Source: Catajapyx aquilonaris
Taxonomy: Eukaryota
DNA length: 64,000 bases
NCBI GenBank assembly: GCA_000934665.2
Contig: JYFJ02001411.1
Span: forward strand, 1-64,000
Direction: 5' to 3'
Made by a program: the position numbers and the translations under genes. Positions 13,401 to 60,949 of the stretch are shown one piece after another. Each line of letters begins with the position of its first letter. The first letter of the stretch is position 1. Under the pieces are notes generated by a model. That model was not told the origin of the DNA and searched no databases. It was given only the letters and a program-made list of their open reading frames with translations.

Positions 13401-16400
13401 AGGCTTTTAAAATCTGAAAGGTAAACTTCTTTTTTACCTACATGATGTCCTTCCCGATATGCAATTTTTAATTCATAATCTTCATATCTGCGAAATATCA
13501 TCGAATCGTGCCAGTAGATGGCGACAGTGACGTTGCACTGACGCTAGATGACGCCAGTGTCGCTCTTTAGTTCTGACAGCACCGTTAGGGGGCGTCTGCC
13601 CAATTTTGGTGCTATTCATTCCTTCATGATTCCATAGCCAAGTCCGGTCTCACCCAGACACGAGACGAATAGAAGAAAAAAAACCCATCCAAGTAGGATC
13701 CGACCCTCCCAGTTCCTGAGGACACGATGGAGATGCGTCCTCACGTTTTTGCGTGTGTAGTGGACTTAAACACGAAGGGGCAAGCCAGAAAATGCGGTCA
13801 CTCATTTGTTATTCCTTCTTCCGAGAAATAAACGCAGCTCCATCTGTATGCCAAAGGCTCGATGACGTTCCTTAAAACCATCTATATAATAAAAAATGGA
13901 GAAAAGCTAACGGTGGTGGGAAAACACTTGAAGTTGTCTAGAGGCAAATTGGTGATTGGTGTAGAGGTCAAGAGGCCATGAAAAATACTCCCCTTGTCAT
14001 ACACGTTTCAAAAAAAAAAAAAAAATGTCGCCGGATGTGGCTCAGGACCCAGTTTTTTCAGCCATTAACCGATATAGATAAACTGCTGGTCTTTCCCCCC
14101 AATTTGTCACCCAAATTCCCTCCCTTATGATGATGTCCCGGTTGGAATTTCCTGCCAGAACTGCACGACTGCATTCCCTAAATAAATTTAAGATTGGACC
14201 CCACATAACAACCATGCGTTTTTGCTTCAATCCTACGCACCACGCGTGATACTTTGCAGGATGCCTGCTCAGATGGAACCTAATCCGGAAAAAGAAGGTG
14301 TGTGCTCAAAATTTCGCGAGTGGGTTTTCAAGGGCGCGACTGGGGACGCCATGCTCCATATGATGAGAAATTCAATCCCCATGCGTGACTCCGCAAAAAA
14401 AAAAAAAAAAAAACTGCGTCTTTTACAGAACATATGAAATCACCACCAGATTCGATTTAGCACCAATTGAAAACCCATGGGTCCACCTCGTATGTCATGC
14501 GTGCACGTGTGTGAGACGGAAATGGGGGGAACGTGGCCATGTTCTGCCCAACAGAGCCAGCCAAATTAACTGAGCTGGCGCGTGAGTGTGTGTGAAAGCT
14601 CCCCTTGTCTCCCCAAAAAACTAGCCCCACCAAAAAAAAAACTTGTAGGGGACACACACATGCAGTTACACATCCTCCCGGAACAGCTGCTAGAGGAAGT
14701 AGCCCCCATGATTCTAAGGCCCCCTCAAAATTTTTCAGGAGCACCATCTGGTCCGTGATGCTCTAGTCACCATCACATATTGACATGGAACACTGATGTT
14801 AGCAACTCAGCTCTGCACTATTTCAGATCCCAAGCCCTTGGAGCCTATAATTGGCAGAAGCCTCATCGCAAAAAGAGAAGAATCTTAGCTCGCAGCGAAC
14901 ACCGGGAAAAAAAAAATTTCCTCGAGGTTTGCCGTCGAGTATTCGAGCATCACAATGCGAAGTATTTGAAGAATAATTGGCGATAATCGCGGGGGCCTCA
15001 GGACATCTTTATTGCATGTCTTCAGAAGTGACCCACCAGGCTGGCGCCACTAAACTTTATTGCGCGTTACGCCCAATCCATCCCGACAACGCGTAACAGT
15101 GACATACAGGCATTTTCTTTCAGATTTATCTACATCCGCAAGTATGGTGCGTCTTTTTTTTTTTGTGCAATATCGCCCAGAAAAAAAACGTGGGTGTTTC
15201 TGTCTACCTTACACGTGGGGTGAGGCTTTCTTCCATCCTCAAAAAAATAGAATAAAATAAACAGGTTCTAGGTGAGTCATCTGCATAACTGGATCTAACA
15301 CTTTTCCAATGACACACTGATACCACAGGGGATGGTTCCTCGGCGCGTGCAGTAGTCAAAATGTGGACTACAAGGTGGTGGTTACATAACGCTACCAAAT
15401 GCCAACCTCGATTAGGTGGTCATTATCATATCAAGTGTGAGAAGCACGCACACTCGGGCCACTCCCCATTTATAATATTCGTGAAATGAAAATTCACGCC
15501 CCAAATAAATATTCCAGAAATGAAACCCGTTACCCAATCCGGGCCAAGATGAAGAACTCAAAGCGACATAGTGATTGTGTTGCTTACAAAGGTGTGTCAT
15601 GAATATGTATTTAAAAGCTGGTTGTTGAGTCGTCCCAGCCGATCTTAATCTTCCTCACAAGGTCGCTTTCGGGTTGGGAAAGCAAAAACAGTGGTAATCT
15701 GGTTCCAATCTGGTGCTCAAAATCGGCCTGTCAGGTAAAGGAGCTGGCACTCTCCGGCTAAGCCCTAGCTATATTTTACCAGAAGAGAAAACTGTTGTTT
15801 GCTTCTGGGCGTTGCATCACGCATTGTACAGAACGATTAATATCCACGGATCTTACGCAGGTGTCGCACTGTTTGGTAAGCCGTATAACTCCACATGGCA
15901 CGTGACTTGACTCATTGGGAAGTACTGCTGTACAGTATAACACAGGTCCCCTACCACCTGTGTAAACACCCAAGAACATTGGCCTTTTTCCATCCTCCTT
16001 GCGATTAGCACACTAGTTAAGCAGTCTGCCCCTCTTCAGTCTTCTTCGGCTGCACAAGTGCTCCAAATAAAAATCTGACTCACAACTGACAGACTACCAC
16101 AGTGCTTGGAAAGTATTCAAGGTAGTCCCTGCATCAAATTAGCATAACTCACCTCCATCTTCAATCAGGTACACACAACACGGAAGTGCGGCGGGACCAG
16201 ATCCAACTTTTCCACTATTGTTACATCAACCTCTTTTTGTCAACTTCCGCCTGATTCAGTAAATAGACTTGTAGTACCATGGTTAGTGCCACTGTCCGAG
16301 GGCAGGAAGCACTTCCAGTGATGTACACTTGGCCAGAGATTGAAATCCACTGGGGCAGCTCGGAGTAGCCTAGTCCCCTAGCTGCAGTCAAGGCTAATTG

Positions 16401-17212
16401 AAAGGGCAACCAATTGTGGCTTGCATGTAAGCACCAAGTCAAACAAGTATGACCCCTTAGTAGACTTAATGGGATGTCCCTTTGTGAAACATTTCACGGG
16501 AGTTAACAGTCAAAGGCTCCTCTTCTCCTATTTGTCAGGCAGCCAGACCCTCGTTGCCACCTCATGTGTGAATAGGACAGTCAGACACAACGGTGTTGTA
16601 ATGAGGCAAATGATCTGAACGTGATTTCCAGCTTCAAACACCAAGTGTATGAAAAGCGAGTGGTCACGCGCATATGGTCACCGGCCACTTTATGCACTGG
16701 CCGGGTCAATGAGAAGGTAGCTATTTCTGTGTACATTGCACATTAACCGAATCCTGGTGGTTCACACACAAAAGGGATCCAAGGCCCGTGTTTGCTACGA
16801 GCCCCTGACTGTCGTTTCATATTTGAATGAATAATTATGTACAGCCAAGGCCAGTGGCCTTCGCCCTTTGCCAAACTCTCGCTTCCCTTGCGCATTTTTA
16901 CACCACGAGATGCTATACTTACTCCGCCCATTTTCTCAGCTCAATAGTTCGACTTCTTCCGCCCCCAACTAGTGAATCGCTTTATGGCTTCCTCTAAACC
17001 ACGTGTGGGCATTTTTATGGGTGAAACTCTTGCCAAACGACACGGGCGAGGCACACAGATTTTTTCCACCTGAGAAACACCTATTGACCCACAAAAGGGT
17101 GCATCACATGCATACATAAACTCAGCTGGAGACGGTTAGACTCACCGAAGAAGTCCTCCCAGGTGAGGGAGCCATCGGACTCTCCGTTGTCGCTGTTGAC
17201 GAGCGCCATCAT
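7422..17212 (-). CDS. DH-PH Rho guanine nucleotide exchange factor, PLEKHG1/2/3 family (GEFmeso-like), about 1024 aa
   Basis: Exons 17212-17146 (MMALVNSDNGESDGSLTWEDFF, phase 1), 11150-10129 (DH: RVVMEIVDTESVYVRDL..LGSFLLKPVQRVLKYHLLL..HINEMKRRHEHAVRVQEIQSLL), 9824-9669 and 9601-9506 (PH: FLFDKMLLISKK, CSNLMLIE) and 9155-7422 (EWTLQLKRVILENY plus a long low-complexity tail). Total 3075 nt in frame. The first exon is inferred from phase and a G|GTGAGT donor. Confidence 0.88.
12389..12470 (-). CDS. Candidate alternative first coding exon of the RhoGEF (MWEVVQQPADAMEASLDFFEWETHSGQ)
   Basis: ATG at 12470, 82 nt, ending at a GTAGGT donor in phase 1, which is the phase needed by the acceptor at 11150. 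A GC-rich stretch lies upstream. Confidence 0.4.
13511..13596 (+). promoter_or_regulatory. Cluster of three CTCF-like motifs
   Basis: CCAGTAGATGGCGAC (13511-13525), ACGCTAGATGACGCC (13541-13555) and CCGTTAGGGGGCGTC (13582-13596), all in the same orientation and resembling the CTCF core CCASYAGRKGGCRC. Confidence 0.5.
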
Positions 17213-20200
17213 TGAGTCTGGTGTACTGGCAGCCTGTGCCCACAAGCACCTCTATACCATCACTATGGGCTGACATGCCCAAATAGTCTCTTCTACAACA
17301 GCGACGAAAAGTCAACTGAGCCGCATCTTGTCTGGCAGAGAGGCCATGGTCACATCATATTTCTTCTGAAAAATCCTGTAATAGAACAGAACATGAGCGA
17401 CAGTGCTCTAGTTGCCAGGAGTATGACGACACCACAGGAAATATGACTGGAGGGCTTTCATTAAGTGGGCCCGACTACACTTACACAAGGATGCATATCG
17501 GACCTTCAAGCAAGCACGCCTACACTTGAGTCTAACCGAGATATCTTCACACTCGTGCGGACACCACCACATTTCTTTCATATCTAAAATACGATGCTTT
17601 CCTGGAACAACCCCCAGCTTTTAATAAACGTGCGTCTGGTATTTTGTATAAAAAGGACCTGGCTTGAAGAGGCAACTTTACTTGATAATTCTGAAGGTTA
17701 GGTCGCGCCCGCACAGGGAGGGCTTGAATCACTCGATTCATAAACTCTGATGAAACCATTGACCAAGATAAGATTGGCCTTTTTCTTAGATTTTGACTCA
17801 CACCCACTTGAATGATCTCACTATAGCATATGCTAGTCATTTGCATACGGTATTTGCAAACAACCGGCAGAAAGCGACAGCGTTGCAAATCGGCCATGAG
17901 ACCGTGAAATTTAGTGCATGGCGATAGTGTGTGTTCGTGCTGATGAATTAAGTAAACACAAGTTGCATAACACATGCAGCGGAATATTCTTTCCTGCTAT
18001 AATTTTCACACCGCACATTTGCATATTAAACGGCTAGACTAGGACAGGTGTTAAATGATCCTGCCGAGATTAATATTCGCGCATCAACATTTTGTACGAG
18101 TTCTTGGCATGAGTCTTGAAAGAAGAGATAATAATGTTGCTCCTGAAGGATTTACGTCTCCATATATCAGCATCAACTGAGCTTTTCCCTCGCCATGAGT
18201 CATGAAAAGCAGTTCATGTTACTGGTTCTGCAGGTTGTGGCAGGTCATTCTGTAAATATCTCATTAACCAATGTGATGGGCGTCATCTGGGGGATATAAA
18301 ATTTGAGAGCAAGTGTATCACTCCCCCAGTTACAACAAGAGGATCGTGTTACCTTCGAAACGAGTCTGCAATATTTCTAACCACGCAAGCTGCAGAATGA
18401 ATTGTCACTCTTCAAGATCAAAGTCCTCCAACCATCACAAAGGAGTTTTGCATATCTGTGGTTCGACCCCACGTCATAAACTGGTGTTTTTCAGCACCTG
18501 CCGTTTATGAAACGCTGTTTGGATACGGTATTTAGAGTCGCTTGGAAATTACGTGGAGGAAGCGCGGTGCAACGGAGGTCAAACCTCAACACTTACAAGT
18601 AAGGCGTGTTTTTTTAATTACACCCACCGTGAGGTCAAAGTGAGGGTTCAGGTGCTGCACTTATGGGTTGGGTGCAACGCACACCTCTTGGTAAACATCA
18701 TCCTGACCTCGAATCACAGCTGAACTTGGGCCAAGTTCCAAGCGATCCCCTTCCTATTCCTGGCCTAGAGGATCACAATTATAAGCTACCCCTCCACCTC
18801 ATAAATCCTGAATGGTAGCAGATGACTCTGAATCGCAGCTTGAACACACTCCATCAGTGTGTGTGGGGTTACGGAAACGTCACTCTATCATAGAGTAGTA
18901 CAACGGCACCTTGATACTGAAGAAAAAGCCGGTGGGGGCCATAAAGCGAGATGCTGAGGCTGTTTCATTTCCGGCCCCGTCTGCCTGGCGTCTGTAAGGC
19001 GCTAACCCCCTACCTCCCAGCCCACACCCAAAAGAGGCTGCAAGAACTTCTCGAGTCTCCAGCAGCATTGCTTCAAGTTGTACAGTCGCGAACTCGAACG
19101 AACTCGCGAAATGTGCGTTCGCCGCGAAGCTTGTACCTGTCTTGTCCTAGTTCGACCCAGCACGGCGCGGCGGCTCTCTCAAAGCAGCGGTTACATAATA
19201 CACCGGCCGCCGACCATTATTCACTTGAAGAAACAGTACAGCAGACATGTGTCCCGTAATTAACGGAAGTGGACAAACACATAATATGCTTATGCGCTTG
19301 GACCTTGGCCATATCCGCAAAATTCCTGCAATTAACTCATCAAATTAATCAGTACTTATGGCGACATTGTAAGGTTAATGAATTGCACACTACGTACCGG
19401 ATTATCCCTAAACATGACAGTCGTGGCATGATCCTCCATTAATTCACTTGGTACAATCATCCAGGGGTTGTTGTGTTTGGAAAGGAGTAAAAGTGAAGGC
19501 CGTCCAGAGATACTTTGGCAATGGGAAAGGAAGCTGCTGCACTTTTCCTAGAGTCAACTGTGGCTACCTGGGACCCCAGCGGTTCAGCCAGTTTTGCGGC
19601 CCACACACTCTCGTCTTAGTGTTTTTCTTGTACAACCTTCACTAGGCCAGAGTAGGGGGGTCACACACATACACAAAGGAGGGGGTGTTTCTTCGGGTCC
19701 GGTCTGCAGACTCCACCCGGAACATTTACACATGCCTACCAAGTACCAACCTTGCTTTCTGGATAAGGCAGATTCAGGTCCAGTGGTCAACGACACACAT
19801 GTGGGCGTCGCATATTCAAAACAGGCGCAAAAATGATGTTTAAAAATACACGGGCCCATCTGTGCAAGTGCGTTTTGAAACCTGCCGGAAATGGTTCCTT
19901 GTTTTATTTTTTAGTCCAGATGGCACAAGGGACGTAAATCATTCTGCGTCAAAAATGTGCTTTTCCGCCCTAATTTTTCAAATCTGACGTCCCCTTACAT
20001 TGTCATCAAAATCAGGTTCTCCAACGCGTGTCATTACTGTTGGCAAGTGCAATTAGTCAAGGTGAAACCTTCCGGGTGTAATTTTTTGTACCACGTAATC
20101 CTCAATGACAACATGATCAGGCGGATCCTCGTATCTCTAAAATCTGCGTCCTTCGTGCCAGTTGCCGCCTCCATTCCTTCCATCTCATTATCCAATATTG

Positions 20201-20860
20201 CAGTTACAACAATTACGCACAAAAATAAAGCCAACATGTGTTTCCCGTGCGAAATGGGCCTCTCGAGGCATATAGCCCCATAAATAATCTGGAAACCATT
20301 CTGCTTCACGCACTTGCCTCAAGTGTTGTTAGCCACCACAACAAATGGCCCTAGAGGCAATGACCACGAACAAAACGTCTAACTGCACTTGATACTTTGC
20401 TGAGTGACTGTTTCCAGGAAAAGGGGGGACAATACAACGCTGATGTCATACTAAAAACCAGCCAATTCCATAGTGTTTACAATACAACACACTGCGTACC
20501 CATTAACTCAGCAGGTCGAGCCAGATGATGAGATCACGCCCATTGTCACACTATCAGCAGATTAGCGAAATTGCTCGGGTATTGCGAACGAGTGCGAATT
20601 GTTTTTGTACGCCTGAGGCCTCTGCTCGTGAGCAACTATCCCATATGAAAACAGCCTTGGTTTATCCCGAAATGGTCATGCTGCATGCAGGCCAGCAGCT
20701 CTCCCCATGTGGACAATAGGGCGCATCTGCAATGCGGCGGGTGCACGTGCAGCACCCTTTAAATGCCATGTGCTCCACAGTGCGGTCCTTCCCTCGGGTA
20801 CAAAAAACCCCTGGGTGGCATAAAAAAAAAAAAAAGAGGAGGCAGTATCGACTGACTCAC

Positions 20861-21260
20861 CTGGTCTGGATTTTCTGGCTGCAGGGAGGGCCTTGAAGAG
20901 TGGTGGTGCTCAGCAGCGTCCCTTTTTCCTCCTCCTCGACTTGTGCACTGCTAGGTTCAAAGGGCAGCCGGAGAGGGTGGCACAAAAAACAAGAAGGGTG
21001 TGAGTTGGATGTCCTCCCTGAGAAACAGGAGGAGGGGGGTGAGGATGTCAGGGGAACCAGAGAAGGATGGTGCGTTCCCTGCCCTCCCGACTTCTTCGGC
21101 CGACCACAACACAGAACACACTCGGATCTAGCAGGAGGGAAGGGGATTCGAGGAATGGCCGGCAGTTGGCGGGGCATGCGCCGGAATGGAATGGAATGGA
21201 ACGCGGAATGGAAGCCATCTGGCGGCCGATTGAGGCACTAGCCCAATCAGCCCAATCAGC
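20861..21260 (-). promoter_or_regulatory. Candidate non-coding first exon and distal promoter of the RhoGEF
   Basis: Consensus donor CAG|GTGAGT on the minus strand at 20861/20860, a GC-rich island, tandem CCAATCAG boxes at 21243 and 21252, and GGAATG repeats at 21152-21210. The downstream exon has an acceptor at 17375 that needs an upstream exon. Confidence 0.45.
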
Positions 21261-21774
21261 AGCGGCCAGTGAAATTCGAATCGTGGAACAGAAACCGCGT
21301 GGCTCTACAAGTAGACTTTGTTGATGATGGAAGAGGTTCGCATGCCATGCCGTCAATTCACGGTTCTGTTCTGGGTCCTTCTGGTGTTGGCCCACTTGAA
21401 TCTGGTGCACCGTCGCATGAGACCACGAGGTTTCCTGGCCTTTGAGTTGGTGAGTTGAGTTGCATGGTGACAGAAATTTGAGTCGGGCTGATTGGCTTGA
21501 TCGACAGACCTACGTCCGAGGCCATATCCGAGGTGTGGTCCGTAGGAGACTGCAGGGAACATCTGACACCTAAAGAATGTGGTGGAGATGACCGCATCAT
21601 TTGCAGGCTGAGAACCTGTTGATGGTTGCAGTGGAGCAAGGCAAGCCAGGATCAGTCTAGGAATTTGGTTGATTCCAATTAAAGTCATGCTGGGGCGTCT
21701 TGTTCAGGTGAGTTTTGGCAACAAATTTTTAATGACTGCACAGACCCAGAAAAATTATATGAACAGTTTTGCTA

Positions 21775-22575
21775 CCATATTACCCCACTTAAAGCGGCAT
21801 GCCATCAGTGCAGTCCAGGTCGACCAGTCTTTATAGAAATGCACGATCTGGTGGCTATACCGGCATGCCGGTCTAAGTGAGGTATGCCGGTATAAGGCGA
21901 GGTTTTCATTGGCACAGCATTATCATGAGCTCTGTGAAAATTATTATCACTCAAATGAATGCATTACACCATGTTCTGTGCTGCGGATACAGCCTAGGAC
22001 ACGTATACTGTCTGGCACATCCAGTAAGATTGTTTGTTAAGTTCTTTCACGGCAACATTTTCACATAAAAGTGCAAGGCTCCGAGAAGGGAAGCATACCT
22101 ATCAGGTTCACAATCAGGATATTTCATATGTTGGGTTTGGATTTTATTATCTAAGTAACTAGGCTTCTCAGACAAATTGATACCACTACACAAAGTGATC
22201 CTCTGATTGCCAACTAGATCTACAACCAGCGAACTATTGAGCAAAACGAAGGACTGAAGGAAATTGCCTTGATCCTTTGTAATGTTTAATAGGGGGGTTC
22301 CCCACCAGAGCCGGAATATGAGATTAGTTACACTCTATGCCCTGTGAAACAGATAAACTTGCATATTCTCACAACCCTGTCCACCTGCACTGCACATTTT
22401 TCACTGTAACATTATTTAAGTGCAGTACCAGATGCATTCCCAAAAAAATTCACGAGGATCAAACTTATGGCAATCTAACCCAGTTATTGCAGCATGCCGG
22501 CCACCCCCGGGATATACCGGCATGCTGGTCGACCTTGTTTTATACCCGCATGCCGCTTTAAGTGAGGTAATAAGG
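21775..22575. mobile_element. Intergenic inverted-repeat element (MITE-like), superfamily unassigned
   Basis: About 28-bp inverted ends CCATATTACCCCACTTAAAGCGGCATGC and GCATGCCGCTTTAAGTGAGGTAATAAGG (2 mismatches). Repeated subterminal ATACCGGCATGC and GGTCGACC motifs at both ends. No clean target-site duplication. Confidence 0.6.
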
Positions 22576-22809
22576 CAGTTATCCTCATTTTTTAAGAGAA
22601 AAAGTTCAGTGGAACATTTGCCAGCCAAACATTTAAATATTTTCAGTGATTTCATCATTAATTATAATTTCACCTTATTCCTTTCCTAGATTTCAACTTC
22701 TACTCTCATCTTCATCCAGCTACATCTTTCTTTCTTGTTCACACCAGTGATCTTCTCAGAGTTTTTTTCTTCTCATCTTTGAGCTGGAGGAAGTGTCAAG
22801 GATGCAAGC

Positions 22810-23899
22810 AGCTTATGTCAGTTCAGAAAGTTGATTTATTCTTGTATCTCTCATATCACAAATAAAAAGGTGAACAATGTGGCTACTCTACTCCCAAAGT
22901 GATATAAATCTCTGAGATTACCATGTGATAAGGTAATTGCTATTCACAGATATTGGTAAATGTGCTATCTTGCAATAGAAAGCACAACTCCATACATGCA
23001 AATTGGTAACCACATGTGGCATTCAAGACTTGCTGTAGAGTAGAATATGTAAATGCCACCAACATATACCTGGGGAAGGGGAGTAACTACTTTGCATGTC
23101 ATTTTTGTCTCTCTCAATTCACCAAACCTTAGTGTTTCACGACCCATGTCACACTGATTAAAGGTACTATATCACCTTAACCTGAACATGGACAGTGAAA
23201 AATACCTTGTGAAGCCAATGTGCTAGAGGCAGGATGGGAAGACCAGACCTGCTTCATTTTAAGTGATGTAACTACTAGAGCATTTTCAACATAGTTGCAT
23301 TTGATTGCATTGTAACGGTACAGTACCTTATCAACCTTATCTTACTGTGTATTTCCTTCCCCTTCATCACTGATTGTGAGTTGATGACTTCTTGACAATC
23401 GCACTCTTTACTGCTGGTGATACCAAACCTTCTTTATTAATGAGTTTAGAAATCTTAAGAAAGGAATCCTACTAAAATTGGTAAAGCAAAACTCAACTTT
23501 ATTGGCCAACAATGTAATCGCAAAGTTACAAGCAAATACTTTGCATTTTATACAGTTTTCATCCCATCGTGGGGCAAAGGGAGGAAAATCAACACATCGT
23601 CCTCCACATGTTATGCTTCAAAAGACGAGCCTGTGCCAAGACACTTATTGCTAATCCACGCTTCCATTACCATCATTATTAAAAACAGGGTGGGGCAGGG
23701 GCTGCATAGACCAAGCTTAGGATGTCCCCAGAACAAACAAAAAAATGTGGAGAGGGGCCACGGGAAGTACAAGCTTACCTTTATTTTGCCATGCAAAACG
23801 TCGTAAGAGATGTACAACTTGATATGTCAGGGAGACTGGAGGATACCAAAAAATAATAATTAAGTGTAATGTCAACAAACTCTGGTTGAGAAAACCGAT
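22810..23899 (-). other. Probable RyR 3' UTR
   Basis: AT-rich non-coding sequence after the TAA stop, with several minus-strand AATAAA signals, the most distal at 22835-22840. The true end is not determinable. Confidence 0.4.
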
Positions 23900-57598
<33,699 letters not shown>

Positions 57599-59030
57599 TT
57601 ATTCTCGTACCTGATAAATGTGGCATGAAAAACATCCATAACCCGCTTATAAAGTTTGTACGCAATCCACACCAAGAGCCTGGCATACACGTTCATAATT
57701 TATCTTCAAGATTGTATCTGTCACCACAAGCCATAAAAGGCAGCCCAATATGTTATTATAATATCTGTCACGAATAATTTCACTTAATATTTTTCTGTAG
57801 CGTATCTTGACCTCTTCAGCAACCGCTTCATCCTATCTGCTATGCAACCAAATCGTCTCAATTGTTCACCATGCAGTATCCAACCGGGCGCATACTACAA
57901 CCTTGGCTTAAATTACAACCCAGTTAGAACCTATTTAATTTCGCATGCACCAACCATAATTTTAATCTCTCTGTACATCCCAAGTCCAACTACCCAGTGC
58001 ATTTTTTAAAAAAAATCGTTCCCAGGCTGCGACATCCCTCCAGGGCATAACAAATTAACAAACTCTTCGCGCCATGATTAAATTTTGATCAACACTCCAG
58101 GGGGTCCGCCGTCACTCCCGTCACTCCCGTGGTACTTACCCAGTGTGCCTAATCGACATTACCTTCAGGGAGGTTCTCGCTTGAAAGGAAGCAAAAAAAC
58201 ACGCGACCTTCGCAGAACGGAATAACCCCCACCTTTTATGGCGTCTCTTCACCACTTTTTACTAAGGGAATGAGTAGGATTTATACCGACCCGTTTCTAT
58301 AAGACTATGGCCTACTAGCCTTTCAGTCTGAACCGGTTCTAACCTATCACGACAAACTTAAGCCCAATTACCTAGGGCCTACTTTGCAGAAATTACGCCT
58401 CTAAAATCCGGGCGAAAATCCGGAGCCCAGGGTATTGTATGAATAATTTGCCGATTATGCAAACAGGTGTTGCCACTTTGATTTAATACGTTCAGTACAG
58501 TCACGTTTCTGAATTTTGCAACCCTTCGATTCGGTATTGATCACAACCAGTTTTTTTCAGCGTAATATGCTACATACAGAAAGGCTATGTAGGCTATAGA
58601 AAAAACTATTATGTGACTTTTTTATGAAGGATAAATGCGGTACCGCTCTACACAAATTCTATCATGGAGTATGGTAGCGGTACTTTAAACGCACACACTG
58701 CAGACAAATTGAATGCCTATCGTTTTCAAAAGCAAACAATGTCACTCAACAAAGGTCGCACCCTTTTCAGACACAAAAATGAAATCGAAAAAGAAAAAAA
58801 AAACTACAAAGACAAATGGCAAGTCTGACAACTTCCAAGGGGGTACAGTATACTGAAATATGAAGCTACGGATCAATGTCGTCCGGCTACATCTCGTGAG
58901 ACATTAGAAGAAAGGTCTGTCAGCATCTGGTTGAAATTTCCCCCGAGAGTTTGCATCTGAACTATTGACCAAAATAATAGTCGGCCTGGAAGCAGCAGGC
59001 GGGCCTCCGGTATCCCAGGGTTACTGGCTA

Positions 59031-59050
59031 GGGGGGGGGGGGGGGGGGGN
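59031..59050. other. Poly-G run ending in an N; probable assembly junction or low-quality base
   Basis: 19 G followed by n at 59050. Confidence 0.7.
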
Positions 59051-60949
59051 TTGTGGGATGGTGGTGGGTGGGAAGGGTGCAAAACCGCAGATTAGCTAAC
59101 CTCGTTTCTCATCGTAGCTGTCTACAGAATTTTTTTACGCCTCGGAATAGTTTTCATGCTCGAAATTAGGCCTGCTCCATGACCTATCGCGTGACTCTAA
59201 CTGCAGACAGGGATTCACGTCATCGATCAATTCCGCTAATTTTTTAGACAAACATTCCAAAAATTTGTCCACGTGCATCAAACGTGGACCATAAAGCGCC
59301 ATTGCGTTGCGAGAAAACAACGGGAAACTCTGGTTTCAATAGCGTTAAAGTTTCAGATTGTCCCGTACAATGTGTAATTAGAGGCTGAGCACAGCCATTT
59401 AATTTTTATGATGGTAAACTAGCTGTGGCACACATGGTGTAGCTACTCTGGAAACCTCTTCCATCCCTTTAAAGCCAAGCTGTACCTTGAGAGTGCTCTT
59501 GTAGACCAACATCAAAGGACAATTTGTCGCTAGAAGAACTCGTCGAAAGGCAAGCAAGATACTGGAAAGACACACAGGCACGTTACTCCTCTTCACTCTC
59601 AACAACACAAAAAAAGATATTCATTCCAACAGTTTCTATTTTTTTATATATATATAATTACGTACCATGTTGCTGTTTTGGTGCCTCAGAAGTATGGCAT
59701 TGCCATACAGTAAGGTACGATGTCCTGAACCGGTGCCCTTGCCCTACAACACATTGAATTGATAAATGTTATTAAAAGTCAATTTTTGAGTTAGAGTCTG
59801 TGTTAGTATATCGTGGTATGTTTAAATCAGATATGTAGCTACGCCTCTATTGTTCTTAACTATACATTTGTTAGGTAACAGTAGCCTACTGAAACATAAA
59901 CTGTATGTAAAACATTACTAACACAATATACTGGGTAATTACTTTTCCAACTTTCTTTAAAGCACAAGTAGAACATATAAACGCAAAGGCGTCGCTAACA
60001 TGGTATTAGATTACGACTTCTTTCGCCTCAAACGAGACTGCAAGTGTAATGCGCTCCGTAATAGGCTCACATTACACCCGCCATTTCTCATCACGAGTTG
60101 AAATTCAAATTTCCCTCTATGTACCCGCCCTGGCAATAAGGCTCAAGCAACACCCCTACTCAACGTACACAACTATTACAGGGTAATGGGCCTACAGCAT
60201 TTACACAATCACAAACGACTTATGTCATATTTATTCGATTGACACTTCACAAATGGCCTGACAGGAAATTAATGAACGATTGAGCCACTTTAAAACACAG
60301 AGTTATATCATCCGTTGGCTGAAGGTTAAAGGCGCCTACACTTGTATACACACTCGTCAGAGACCTCTTTTGAGGAACAAACACAAAGTTACTGCATGTT
60401 GCTGTCATCCTTGGTCAGGACACGACCCCCGGTCCAGCAGCAGAGCCGAAGCAAAGAGGGCCGCCAGGTCAGCAGGGCTGACCTCCCCCAACACTTGAGG
60501 TCAAATTCCTGTATAATGCCAGCAGCTCATGCACAAGGCTCCAGAAGATATATCTATCTTTTTGTGTCGGGCAGTGCAAAACTCAGCATAAAGGCAGGCA
60601 TCTTTCAACTTTCGCTAACGATTCAACCGAATTCATTCATCAGTCGGTCGATCCCCGCGAAGAGTCAAGACGACTGCAGCAGCAAGATTCAGTGTTGCAA
60701 AGGCTATAGATATTGGATTTCCCATATGACCACATCGATACTCAAAATGAAATGAAATTAAATGATACATAAAAATTAAACGATAAATCGGCGGGTGAAC
60801 CAGAGATACGCAAATTTTATGCACATATTGTAATCGCCATTATTGGCGGGAGAGCGAACAAAAAAATTTATTGCAGATGCTTTTTCTGAGTTGTAAAGTG
60901 GAAACGAAAATGGTAAAGGATGTTGCTTATGTCGACAAATTGCAATATA

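Noticed and set aside
59031..59070. G-quadruplex regulatory element
   Set aside because: The G-run abuts an ambiguous base and may be an assembly artefact.
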